Positions 40,101 through 53,500 of a stretch of DNA of 64,000 bases are shown here, piece by piece (position 1 is the first letter of the stretch; each line of letters begins with the position of its first letter). This DNA comes from Octopus bimaculoides (Eukaryota): assembly GCF_001194135.2 (NCBI RefSeq), contig NC_068983.1:163574492-163638491 (forward strand), read 5' to 3'. The notes under the pieces are model-generated. The model saw nothing but the letters and a program-made list of their open reading frames with translations, did no database searches and was not told the DNA's origin. A program made the position numbers and the translations under genes.

Positions 40101-41633
40101 AGTTGGCTCGAATAGAGCTAAAAGAAAACAAAACATGGAATAAGAATGTAACTGACAACATCAAAACATCCGGACAGTTAGACGATACAAAACAGGGACA
40201 AGAATAAAACAAGGGCGGGTCAATCGGAGCTTCCTATCCTCAGTCGAGTACCAGATGATCTTAGCAGTTTCGGCTGGATACACTCGAGAATGCTCCAATC
40301 TGGCCGGCTCCAAGAACATCTAAGCTAAGAGCACTAGATTCCTTGGAAGAAAGCAAGCGAATGTATACAAAAACAAGGACGGAAAAAAATGGAGAAATTG
40401 TACACAATTACAAATAGAAACAACAAGACATAAACAACAGGTGTCCTTCGACTAAGGATAAATTAAATTAAGCAGACATGTGTGGAAGTGAAGCCTTACG
40501 GCAGGGACATAAGGGGTTAGAGTCATGGGAAGGAATATAGATGTTACATAAATGGTAGTCGAACCAAGAAAGAAAGGTCAGGCTTGGCGGAACACACACA
40601 TACGTATATATTTCAACTGAGACTAGGTTTGTATATATATGCAAAATACACATACACACACACACGCACACATGCACACATGTCCTAGGTCTGACATCTG
40701 CATCCGGTGCTGGAGTTGTGGGGAGCGTGGTTCAAGTCTTTATTCCGTTACTCGCAGTTCCGTTCTCATATAAGGTTTCCAGTTATGGGTTGAATTGATT
40801 TTCTCAGTGGTAGAGGAGGTCCCTTCTTTTTGACAAAACCGTGGGGGAAAGTAGCTGTTCTAGGAGAGAGATTCTTTAGCATAAAACCAGCGATCAAAAT
40901 AGTACTGTTTACCTTGCAATTCTTGTGACAGGAAACTACTATGGCAAACTTTAGCTACTTCAGTTCAGTAGCGTACAGATGCCTCCCTAAGCATTTCATT
41001 TCTTGGCATGAAAAGTTATATCCGCAAGCATGCAGGGGTCAAAAGAATTCAGGACAATTAAATTAATAGTTTCAACATGAAATTTTAATTTCATTATATT
41101 TAATTTCTGTAATTGAACTAACTGGATATGAAAACGGCTGAAGGACTGGAATTTCAATATACGGATTTGAATATCTTTAAATAGTCTGATGTCTGCATGA
41201 CAATTTCTTCATTTTCTTCTTTTTCTCATTATATATATATNNNNNNNNNNNNNNNNNNNNNNNNNNNNNNNNNNNNNNNNNNNNNNNNNNNNNNNNNNNN
41301 NNNNNNNNNNNNNNNNNNNNNNNNNNNNNNNNNNNNNNNNNNNNNNNNNNNNNNNNNNNNNNNNNNNNNNNNNNNNNNNNNNNNNNNNNNNNNNNNNNNN
41401 NNNNNNNNNNNNNNNNNNNNNNNNNNNNNNNNNNNNNNNNNNNNNNNNNNNNNNNNNNNNNNNNNNNNNNNNNNNNNNNNNNNNNNNNNNNNNNNNNNNN
41501 NNNNNNNNNNNNNNNNNNNNNNNNNNNNNNNNNNNNNNNNNNNNNNNNNNNNNNNNNNNNNNNNNNNNNNNNNNNNNNNNNNNNNNNNNNNNNNNNNNNN
41601 NNNNNNNNNNNNNNNNNNNNNNNNNNNNNNNNN

Positions 41634-41666
<33 letters not shown>

Positions 41667-41671
41667 GTATA

Positions 41672-41754
41672 TAGTAATCCCTCGACCATCGCAGGTGTTA
41701 CGTTGCAACCCCGCCGCGACAGGTGAAAATCGGCGAAGTAGAGGCAGTACTGTA

Positions 41755-41793
<39 letters not shown>

Positions 41794-41912
41794 TATAATT
41801 TTTATAATTTGTATATATTTATTTTAAATGCAAAACAACACCACAGAGGAATCGACGTAAGCTTAAACGATAAACCGCGATAGGTGAACCGCGCTATGGC
41901 AAAGGATTACTG
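41672..41912. mobile_element. Tigger/pogo-type MITE
   Basis: Ends (t)agtaatccctcg ... aaaggattactg; TA on the left, TG on the right. Confidence 0.7.
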
Positions 41913-44900
41913 TGTACAAATTTTGTATTTGATGCACTTAATATACTTAAAATACCTGATATATCTAATTTGCTTACCCCCATAATTGCTTATATACATA
42001 CATACGTACATACATACATACGTACATACATACATACGTACATACATACATTTATAAATGCATATGTCTGAGTGTGTACATGAGGGAGAGAGAGAGAAAG
42101 AAAGATGATTCAAAAATAGAAATCGATATAAACATAGGTGCATGGAGTGGAATTTAAGTGTCATGTGTAAATGTCAGGCCGGTCACGTGATATGCTGACA
42201 TAGGAGCACTTGCATTATTCTCTTCTCAGAATGTAGGAAATTTCGACATGGAGAGTCAGCAAAATTCGATGAAACTGTTCTTCCAAATGGTATTAATTTA
42301 CTTAAAATCGTTCTATCTTTATTCGAATGTCTTAATAGAATCGTCCTGACAAATCAATCAATATAAAATGGCCGGATTTATTTTTCTTGTCTTTTACTTG
42401 TCTTATTGTCTGTTTGCGTCAAAGTATTAGGTTTATATTTCTGAAAATAATCTCGATATATGCAATGCTTTTAAATCTTCATTCTAGACTTTCATATTTG
42501 AAAATCAGACAAATCGATTATTTTTCATATCATTTGGAAAGTCAGACAAATCGAATATTTCGAAATCCAATTTTCAATATCGTAGTCTATATTTTATTGT
42601 TTAATTTTCGATAATGTAATTTTGATTCCAGTCTCAACCAAGTCTTTCATGTTAACTTGCTTACAGTTGCCGTTCTACAAATATATATATATTGTTAATT
42701 CCTTACAATATTTGGACGCTATTTTATTAAGTAATAACATTGAAAAGAATTTCTGCGGAACAATATATTTTCAAAAGTTGATTTATACAATAAAATTCTA
42801 CAAGTTCAATATAAGCTGAAAGTTTATTTACTTCAATATTATTATTGTTCCAATAAAAGCTGCAGTTTGCAAAGCCATTTGAACAAAGAACGACGGAAAT
42901 AAAGAACTAAAATCTAATAGATGAATCGTATCGCACAGATTCAGTAGTTTAAGAAATTTTACTTTTCAATGGACCATTCTTAGTTATATATAAGAACCAC
43001 TAGAAGTTGGAATCCGCAGTACTAGTTTATTGTACATAAATATTATCATCTATATATAGTTTCCAACGTTGTTTCATGTGTATACACTTCCAAGCAAAAA
43101 CATGTAGAACGTTTGCTAAAAACTAATAAAAATCATATATTTTTTAGAAAACAAACCGTTTATATTATGAGATTTAAAAAAAATATTGTGCTTATTCATA
43201 AACGGATTTTAATTTATCTAATCTTTGAAACACTACTTTGGGTGCTTATAATCCTTCCGTACAAAATCATGCCATCATCATTTCGTCTTATCTAACACTG
43301 TTTGTCTTTCTTCAGGCAACAATTGATGTCCGTTTCCTTTCAAATTATTTCTTTCTGTCAGCAATTATTTTATTGACATTATCTTTTTTTTACGTTAAGG
43401 TAGTCTCTTTGCAAAAGTTTTGCTCCAAATATCGAATATTTTAAAAGGTTTTCTAATATGTGCTTAGATACATTTTGGTAACTATAATGAAATTTCTGCA
43501 TTAAAAAGCTATGGTATTATTCCAGTCTCGAGAGACTAGTTTTGTGATCCTTGTCTTTTTTCCATTTGGAGTTCATTTTTTGTCGTATCGGTATGATGAC
43601 TTTTTCTTTATCTTTGCTAGAATATTCTATGCATGGTGATAAATGGAATGTGTAATTTATAATTCTTGTAGTCTCTTTTTGATGGTCTTAAATTATGACT
43701 TAAGTTATGAGGTGAAAGAATTCTTCCCATCTTTGAAGATGGCAGATATTGCTATCATGTAATGGAAGCCATAAAGTAGAGACACTATCTATTGCAGTAT
43801 CATTTGCGAAGCGATAAAAATGATAATAAAGCTTAATGAAAAAGAAATTTCTCCATAAATCTTAAGAAATGTCCACTTGAACCAAAAGAGAAAAAAATGA
43901 GGTGAAAGAATAAAGTTGAAAATAAAATATGGAAAATTGATGAGACAAAATCCAGCGTATCAACGTTGCCTTGAAAATAACGTCTTCGGTGAACTTAGGA
44001 AACTTTCAGTGTATAATTTATATTAAACTTAGCGATTAAATAACAATTAAAAACACTGCTTTCTGCAGCAAAAGTATTTGCATTTCCTTTTGAAGACATC
44101 AACAATTATATACATGCTCTCTTTCTTACATTGTTCCGGTATCAATTAATGTTTATACTTAAAGTCAGCTAAGGAAATAGGAGCTGTAATGTGTTATGAA
44201 TCATAATAGTTTCAGGTGGAAGCCTTTTGCATATTCGGTGTAACGTAACTTTGCACAATGAAGACAAGAGTTGCCCGACTGATAAAATAATGCGAATGAT
44301 GATTGTGACGGTGGCAGGCAGAAGAGGTTTTAATGCTATTAATATTTGAGCGCATGCGTTGTAGCAATCTTCGCATGAGGGTTTTCTCGCTTGAAAAAAT
44401 CCTGAAATTTTATTTAAAAAAAACGAAATCTTTGAATATCAGTGAAACCAATGAATGCTATTTTGAATTTATCTGTTGTTGAGAATTTTGAAGGCGAAGA
44501 TGAGTGAGGTTATTGTTACTACTTATCACAACAGCGCGTTAATAAATCAAATGAGGCTATGATTTTTAAAAATTATATTTGCCATATCTTCGCCCTTTAT
44601 GAATACAAAGCTAAAATAAAATGATATCCTCATCAGAATACTAAATATTTTTGATCTCCACTGGTTTCATTATCATCAAGATTAAATCACAGAAACTAAA
44701 CACAAAAGAAACTGTTCCTTTATATTCTTCATGCCTTATCAATAATTCTATTAGATTGCCAGCTATATTAACAATATTAAATGCAAAGTTTTTGTTGTCA
44801 GAGATGATAAAATGAAAAACGACAGTTTAACAACTCAAAGAAATTCTGGCTTGCCAAATTTATGCAAAGAAAATTAACTTCTGTAATAAAATTTTAAATC

Positions 44901-45631
44901 CAGAGAAAGATAATAACATTTAGCAAAATTATTGTGCTCAAGTTGTCTTTTTAAGGATTAAATTTTAAACTATTAACTGTGTTTACTGGAATTATAAATT
45001 ATTGCTTCAGTGTTTCAGAGATATTGCCATCAATTTTAGTAATGCGTCATAAATACCACTCATAAACTGGAGTCGATATATTGACTTTCTCTTCGCCAAA
45101 AATGTGTGGGGTGTGCTGCCTGTGCTGGACATAATTATAGGCAATAGATGTCTATTTTATGATGAATATTGCTACCATGTGTGGAGGGAATTGCTCCAAG
45201 TAATTACAAAGGCGACAGTGGGATACAATATGCATAATCGATTGAAATTTTCTGATTCGATTGAAACGGTTTTCGTATTTTATTGCGACAGAGTTTTCTC
45301 ATTCAACAGCATTTGAAAGTAGAAGGACCAAACTACAGATTTGTCAGTTCAAAACTCAGCATCATCTGCATCATCTGCATTATCTGCATAGATGGCACTC
45401 ACGATAGTTTCTAATAAGGACGCGGACTTCGGTTAAGTGAGAATGTCCGTGCAATTAGGAGACTAAACTCACTCGAGCGTTATTCGATCTTAAAATAACT
45501 AGGAGCAGCGATAATAGCGCTAAAAACAAGTAAAAGTATTAAATTTAATACTCGTTTCGCTGAAAGGTCTTGAAAATACTCATGTGTGGATCCGGTTCCA
45601 TTACAGTTATTGGTTGTGACAAAAATATATA

Positions 45632-46906
45632 CAGGGGTTGGACAAAATAATGGAAACACCTTAAAATTTCAAACAAATTTATTTTGATTTGGGGTAGGAC
45701 CACCTTTGGCAGTAATTACAGTTTGAATTCTACGAGGTATGGACTTATACAAAGTTTGAATTGCTTCCAAACGAATTTTGTCTATTCTTCAGCTAAAACA
45801 GTCTCCAGCTCTTGTAGTGATGAAGGTGGAGGATATCGACTCCTTACTTGTTTTTCTAAAATGCACCATAAATGTTCAATAATATAGAAATCTGGGGACT
45901 GTGGTGGCCAGATAAGATGTTCAACTTCACTAGAATGTTCCTCGTGCCATTCAGTAACAGCTTTAGCTGTGTCAATTGGTGCATTATCATCCTGAAAGAT
46001 TGCGTTTCCCTCCGGAAACAGTTATGCAACCACAGGATGAATTTGATCAGATAAAATTCTTCAATGATCCTGACTATCAATTCTGCCATGAATGGAAACC
46101 ATTGGGCCAGCAGATTTCCAAGATATAGCCCCCCGGATCATCACAGATCCTCCTCCATGTTTAACAGTTGGAAGAAAGCAGTCTGGGTCAATTGCTTCTT
46201 TTGGCTGTCTTCACACGTATACTCAGCTGGTGGTTGGAAATAAGGTAAAGGATGACTCGTCTGAGAAAATAACATTCTTCCACTGCTCTAGGGACCAATT
46301 CTGTATGTTTTTATTCCACTCTAAACGCTTTGCAACGTTTGTTTTTGAAATTAGTGGTTTTCTGATTGCAGCCTTCCCGTGAAAACTTGCTTTGTGCAGC
46401 TCCTGGCGAACAGTTTTTGTGGAAACTGGGTTCTCGAGGTAGTCATTAAGCTCTGCAGTAATTTTGGGAGCTGTACTTTTGTGATCCTTTCTAATAATTC
46501 GCGTAAGAATCCAACGGTCCCTATCTAAATGTTTTGGTTTTCTTCTGGAGTTTTGTTTCAGCAAGGAGGTTTGTCCTTCTTTCTCAAAGGCTGTCATTAC
46601 TTTCGAGACAGTACTTCTTGATACACCAAACGTTTCGGCTATTTTCGTTACGCTAGCGCCGGCCATACGGGCACCAACAATTTGATCTTTTTAAAGTCCG
46701 ATAGATCTGTCATTTTAATGAATTTTAATTACGTTTTTGTGATGATATCTGAAAAGAAACAGCAATTTTAGCAAAACATATTAAGCAATACTAATAATAA
46801 ATGGAAAAAAACCCATAAAAATAAACAAGATTTTTATGGTTTTATAGATATTTCAAAATTACGATACTATGATGCTAGGTGTTTCCATTATTTTGTCCAC
46901 CCGCTG
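45632..46906 (-). mobile_element. Complete Tc1-family DNA transposon, 1275 bp, 30-bp TIRs, TA TSD
   Basis: TIRs caggggttggacaaaataatggaaacacct / aggtgtttccattattttgtccacccgctg (2 mismatches), TA on both sides. Confidence 0.96.
45690..46713 (-). pseudogene. Tc1 transposase, inactivated (frameshift, stops); DD36E spacing
   Basis: HTH N-terminus GASVTKIAETFGVSRSTVSKV; VIFSDESSF; FQDDNAP...WPPQSPDFYIIEHLW. Confidence 0.93.
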
Positions 46907-47628
46907 TATATTGTTAGATTAAGAATGCCACCATTCAATCAGAAAAATACAAGATCTCTGATGGAATGGTGTCACTTTCAAACTATGTAGAATCTCGTCT
47001 AAAGGAGTGCTCCTATTTTGAGTTGGTAGAGTTAATTCGTCACCAAGGAACGCAATCTTCGTGTCCTTCAATAGTCCTTCATTTGGCTGCAAGCATTTGG
47101 ACAGTGAATTTAGATAGAGGATAATTTCATTCTTTCCTCCAAAAAGTCATGAGAGCCTTCAACATGACGAAGGCCGCTTCCTTTCTTTTCTCTCATTCAA
47201 CAAAACCTTTTCTTACTTTTGTTTATTTCCGTTGTCTTAATGCGTAATTAGTCATGTTTTGTAATCCGCGTTACATAAGATGCTTTTCATTTACTGATAA
47301 ATGATTTTAAATCAAATGTATTGATAGATTTTTGGAACACTTGCATTTATCAAAATAAACTTGGAAGTATTTTCGCCGACTGAGAATATACAATATATAA
47401 TTGTAATTCTATGAAAACCTTTTGTTAACTTTCTGCTGAAAAATTCTTCTTTGCTTCAACAAGTTAAAGTTGTTCGATTCCTCCTGGGTTAACAATTCCT
47501 GCTAACATAAAACGTACTTCTCTAGTTATACTTTTAATTCTCTCCTCTTACAATTTCTTTTCTCCATCTTATGTTCTCTATTTGAACTTCGAAGATGATC
47601 TTTCTCTCTAAGTAGAATCCACTCTCAC

Positions 47629-47825
47629 CTTTGTCATCTGGATATCAGTAATAAGCTCATCTCCTGTCGGTGTCTCTCCCTGAGATGACTGGAAAACCTT
47701 TCGAAACTACAGTGGTGACTCAACACCGCTGGTCAAACTAACAGATTTGAAAACTATGTTTGAAACTAAAACGTGATGGTCGTGGAGGGGATGTCTTGAC
47801 CGTAACTCTGCTTTACATGGTTGAC
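47629..47825 (-). other. Putative exon (197 nt) of a minus-strand transcript
   Basis: Acceptor ctaatgctgttctttcag|G, donor AAAG|gtgaga; GC-richer than flanks; every frame has a stop. Confidence 0.55.
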
Positions 47826-48635
47826 CTGAAAGAACAGCATTAGAGCAGCTGCAGCAGCAACAACAACAACAAAAATCAGTCTCTGAACTTCTCCCCTCAC
47901 TCTCAGTTGTTCAAATGTCTGTTATATGGCACTGAAGAAATCTATTCCACTCCAGTATTGTTGTTGTGATTGAAACTATAATTGTAGTTTTCAATCCCCC
48001 CCACCGCTGCCAATGAACCCAGTCACACCCTATGAAAATCAGGGTGTTTCATCGTCGGCTTCACTACAGATGCTACCTAAAAACCTGTAGAAATATCGCC
48101 AGAAGTACTGACTGGAAAGAGTCCATCTTTTACTGCAACTTTTGCAACACAAAATGTCTTTTGTGGACGACACAGCTCAAAACACCATTAACAATGAAAT
48201 TTCAGTTGAGCAATTTCTCTGATGTCAAAAGCGTCTTTCATAACTTTTAAAAATCGCACTATCAAACGGTTTCCAAAACAAAATATTGCAACCGCTAAAA
48301 AACCTCAGAGCACAAAATAAATCGACATCGTGTCACACCTCTCTGCACACACAATAGAAATGCTTTCTCATCCACAAATATCAAACCCACGTACGAATAC
48401 AGCCTCATGTAAAAAGAAACAACTTCTCTAATCATTCCATCCTAATAAGGTGACTACCTCAATAGATTTCCTAATCATAATTTATAGAAACACTACAGTT
48501 TGTCGCATTCCCATTACAACTTTCCACCTCTATATACGGTGCCATCTCTTTCACTTTCAACATTTCTAAGTTTATAAAACTGTCATAAAACACGGCCCAG
48601 CTTCATTATATCTTAAATTGTTTCTCCATCTACAT

Positions 48636-49034
48636 TAGTGATTCCCAATCGGGGTCCAAATGATCCTTAGCCGTCTATATAAGCTTTTTCAGTCCCCTCA
48701 CAAGCAAAATAGTAACTTGGAGATTCACGTTAGCATTTCAAGGATCCATGAAAACAGTTTTGCTCCAGATGTATTTATTAAAAAGAAAAGCTAGATTTCT
48801 TTCTCTAATGTCTTACTAAGTTTAACATGTTTCCTACCACCGGAACATGTTCTCCGAGGGTATGCTCTCGTAATCCGACACATAGGAAAAAACGAAATAG
48901 GAATTTTAGAAGAAATATCTATAAAATTTGTTTTTGAGCATCGAATAGCGATGGTTGTTGGGGAGGATACCAGAATAAAATATTAAGGAAACGAGGTCCA
49001 CTGATAAAAAAAAAAAAATGTTTGAGAGCCACTG
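48636..49034. mobile_element. hAT (Charlie-like) MITE
   Basis: Ends tagtgattcccaa / tttgagagccactg; flanks atctacat / atctcaat (6/8 TSD). Confidence 0.55.
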
Positions 49035-49804
49035 ATCTCAATCAACTGCTAATACGGATTTTTTAAAACGTAATTAGCAAAGTTCTGATTTAGAACACAT
49101 ACCAGTGATATTCGGCTCTTGAGAAGTTTCAGCGAAAGAAATGTTGTTGAAATCATAAACGTTTCATTCACGCCTCAACATCTTTGTCTCATATCGCATC
49201 GCACCGATACATCGTTTATAAATGCATCTTCATATATTTTAACCACAGAATACATATGCCGCTAAATATTAGTTAAAGATGTTATTCCTAGATTACATAC
49301 GTCTCATTTCAGTAACAAGGAAAAATAAAATCAAAGATAAAAATTCCATCTTAAAAGATAGAAATCCTTCGAAATTTTGACAAAGGAACAATCCAGAAAT
49401 GAAGTAATAATCGAACACTATATCGCCGTTGCAGAAATTCCAAATGACAAAAAGAAAATTAAAAATTAAATAAAGATAGCAATGCAGGAATTCAATGGAT
49501 TGTCAAGGAATATCAAAATCGCGAAATACAGGAAATTTTTAAGTAGCATTGTTTAGAACGTGGCGTTTTTCGAATAATTTTTTTTTTTAGCTTCATTCAA
49601 TTCAAAATAGTGTTATCCTTTTATTGTATTTCTCTGATTCAAATTCTGAAAGTAAATTTGAATTGTTTTTACAGGGATTTATTGAGAAAATCTGACATTA
49701 ATATGTTTTAGTTCCGAATTTCTTTTCCATTGTCAATGAAATACAATGCAATCACTGTGTAACGAAAACTTTCAAATAATATTTATCGAGATATTTACTC
49801 TGCT

Positions 49805-50321
49805 AATAAAAAGTATAACGAGGAAATTGACCAATGACAAATTTGGTTCGATGACGAATTTAACGAGGATATGTTTATTTGCAATGGAATTGCCTTACCA
49901 TGAAATTACAGTTGCGAATTAGTTTATGTACGAGAAATTTTCAACGATCAGTTTATTAGATATCTCAAAGTATGTTTCACTGTCCAAATTCTGTACTGAT
50001 CTCCCCAGAGATGCAACCCCTAAGAGGTCTCTCCTTGCCCTTCGTTTGCGCATAATTATCATTGTATTGGTTCTGAAACAGACACCACCTACATCGATCT
50101 CACCGTTCCAAGGTTGAAGTCAGAAATGTTTGAACACTTTCACTGTCAGACACAAAAACATATCGTCATTAAAAGAGAGATAAAATATATTCTAACACTC
50201 TTATCGTCAGTATAAATAAATGAAATAAATGGCTTTAACCAAAAATCGAAGAAGAATTATTGTGTTAATTACAGTAGTTTATCACTTCCGGGATTGTACT
50301 CTCGTTAATGAATATATAGCC
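49805..50321 (+). repeat. Copy 1 of a diverged ~510-bp direct repeat (copy 2 at ~51990-52510)
   Basis: Colinear shared blocks, e.g. tatcgtcattaaaagagagataa and ttaaccaaaaat. Confidence 0.88.
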
Positions 50322-50972
50322 AGTTCAATGAATGTATTTAAGCAATGATTTAATGATTTGCCTGTGGCCATATTTAAAGAGATACAAATTCAATGAAATT
50401 CGAATGTAGCCCCAGATCACATGATAAATTGATATCCTATTAATTAGGCTATGGGCATATCAGTATTCTTTAATTAAATATCCTTTAATTACTGTATTTA
50501 TAGCGTGGAATCGACTTATCTGTTAGATTTGAGGAAATCAGCATTCTTTCCTTTCTGTTCTTGATAGTTGGAGCTGGTCTTATGCAAGTTGGATATGTAT
50601 AAAGTATGCTATAGAATTAATGCTTGAAAATTACAAACTTGTATTTCTGCAACCAAACGTTCGATTCTCCACTGGCATATTACTGTTCTTGTCGCAAACA
50701 CTCATTCATTACTGACAAAATCTGCCAAAACAAAATTCTGTTGATATATCTCTGCAAGAATCAAGACGTTATTTCAGAAAACTGAATATGATATCACAAA
50801 TATCAAACGTTAATGAAGAGAGGCAACTAGATGAAGAGACATGGTATCGGAAAGCGAGCAATGATTGGGCATTTCTTATGCTTTCACGACAACTTCTTTG
50901 TTTTCATGTCCCAGGGAGTTAGTTGTTTAGCACCAAGTCAGGTCTGCTCGCACAGACTTGTAACCACAGACT

Positions 50973-51821
50973 TGTCAAGTGAAATACAAGCGAAATAACA
51001 TGGATTCATACGCCCGGTCCGCAGCTCCTAATTCAGTAATAACAAGCAGATGAGAATTTATTCTTCACCTGAATAGGACGGGTTCCATAGCTTTCCACTG
51101 GAAATCTTAGTTAAAACATCTCTTGCCAGCAGAAACCCAATAATCACAAAGTCATGGGGATGGCATGTCATTTTACAGCCAGGGAATCATACCAAATGTG
51201 ATACTTATACGGCTGGTAGCCACTAGGTGTCGTTTTTACCTGTTAGAAATAGGAGCTAAACACCCCTGAAATATTTCTGCTAAACACCCCTGAAATATTT
51301 CTGCTAAACACCCCTGAAATATTTCTGCTAAACACCCCTGAAATATTTCTGCACCGTCTTAAAACAGGAATGATATGTTGGCAATATAGCTGTAGTTACA
51401 CAGAAAGACAGGATGTTAGCGACTATAATAGCGACTATAATAGTTGCTAACAACCTGTCTTTCTGTGTAACTACAGCTATATTGCCAACATATCATTCCT
51501 GTTTTAAGACGGTGCAGAAATATTTCAGGGGTGTTTAGCTCCTATTTCTAACAGGTAAAAACGACACCTAGTGGCTACCAGCCGTATAAGTATCACATTT
51601 GGTATGATTCCCTGGCTGTAAAATGACATGCCATCCCCATGACTTTGTGATTATTGGGTTTCTGCTGGCAAGAGATGTTTTAACTAAGATTTCCAGTGGA
51701 AAGCTATGGAACCCGTCCTATTCAGGTGAAGAATAAATTCTCATCTGCTTGTTATTACTGAATTAGGAGCTGCGGACCTGGCGTATGAATCCATGTTATT
51801 TCGCTTGTATTTCACTTGACA
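50973..51821. repeat. 849-bp near-perfect palindrome; left arm has 4 x 24-bp tandem unit (51257-51352)
   Basis: Arms 50973-51426 and 51441-51821; about 3 mismatches besides the 72-bp tandem expansion. Confidence 0.97.
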
Positions 51822-51989
51822 TTTTAATATTTCAATAATAACAGTCAAGAGAGATATTAAATCTACGTAACATCATCAATACCAATGTACAGTTATTTAG
51901 TTATTTCATTTCGCGCAGTATTGAATTTCTTTTCCATTGCTACTGAAAAACAACGTAATTATTTTGGAGATAAAACATTCAAATATCTC

Positions 51990-52510
51990 TTGATAAAAAG
52001 TATGACGAAGAAATTTACCAGTGACAAGTTCGATTCGATGGTGAATTTACAGAGGATGTTTTATCCACAATATAATTACCGTGCCATGAAATTACAGGTG
52101 TTATATTCACTGCAAGATAATTTATCTGCGAGAAATTTTCAGCGATCAATTTACCAGGTAGGTCTAAATGTGTTTCACTGACAAAATTCTGTACTAAAAC
52201 TGGGTCTCCCCAGAACTACAACCCTCAAGAAGTCCCTCCTTGTCTTTCATTTGCGCATAAGTATTAGTGTTTTGATACTTAAATAGACACCAGCTCTTAT
52301 CGTTCAAAGGTTGAAGTCAGAACTATTTAGACATTTTCACTGTCTATCATAAAAATATATCGTCATTAAAAGAGAGATAAGATATATTGTAGCTCTCGTC
52401 AGTGTAAATAAATGGAATAAATGACTTTAACCAAAAATTGAAGAATTATTGCGTTAGTTACGATAGTTTATTACTTCCGTGATTGTGGTCTCGCTAATGA
52501 ATATATTACC
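51990..52510 (+). repeat. Copy 2 of the diverged ~510-bp direct repeat
   Basis: See copy 1. Confidence 0.88.
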
Positions 52511-53500
52511 GATTGTATTTAAGCACTTTTTCATTTACATCCTTCAGCTTAAGTATTTTCAACGTGATTTTATGCTGTGGATTAAGTATATTACATCACG
52601 ATCGTTTGAAAATTGCATTTAAGTTTTTATCCCTTAAATTCAATAAGCACATTATGATTATGTTGCGCAGATCAATGAACAGAATATACTTTTGACTGGT
52701 ATCATGTAGCATAATCTTCGTTTGTGCGCAGATGTTGCTTTAAGAAGGCGGAGTTCTTTTATGTTCATCTGAATTTCGCTTTGTAATTTTTCGTGTTTAA
52801 ATTTGATCTATTTTATGACACAAGCAATGCTAAGCTTATATTTTCGCCATAAAATAGAAATGATCTATCTCTGTGTTTGCCACATTACTATGCACCGTGC
52901 ATGAAATCTAGCGCTGGTTGATGAATTAAGAAAGTAATTATATGAAATTTTATCTGCATAATTTGAACAGAAATTAAATTAGATGTATAAGGATTACGTC
53001 AGAAGCTTTATTTTGGTTGTTAAAGAATAAAATATAATCATTAGTAACTGTAACGAGATTCTTCGGTGTTAATAAGAAAACTACATTGCAATATAAAAGA
53101 CACCCTCAGTATCAAACGGAGGGTATATTTCCCTGGTGTGTTAAGTATTTAACTTCTGTCTAAATTGTGGAGATATTTCCGTTTCGAATTTAATTGGCTA
53201 GAATTTTTATTTGAAACAGTATGATGAAACCGATATTGTTGTATTTGGGATCGACGAAGGCTTTATTAATTATAACTTTTTCATACCTGTCTTCTGAGTT
53301 CAACCAGGAGAGTTACTTTTCCTCTTCCAAATATTCTGGAAGCATGGAGAATAATCTTCCATTGTGCGGTGTGGCAGTACCTTTTTTTTTTCTGGATGGG
53401 TTTCACTTATCCCAGGCAAACATTTCTTAGACAAACATTTATTGGGCACATTTTAAGTAGAAGTATTGCAAAGTAATATCTTCTACCAAATGTTGTATAC

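Noticed and set aside
40255-40330. Minus-strand CCAGCCGAAAC (hammerhead-like half)
   Set aside because: No CUGANGA upstream and no NUH cleavage triplet; at best a decayed pLTR.
51257-51352. 4 x 24-bp repeat as a CRISPR array
   Set aside because: Head-to-tail tandem copies with no spacers, eukaryotic context, no cas genes.
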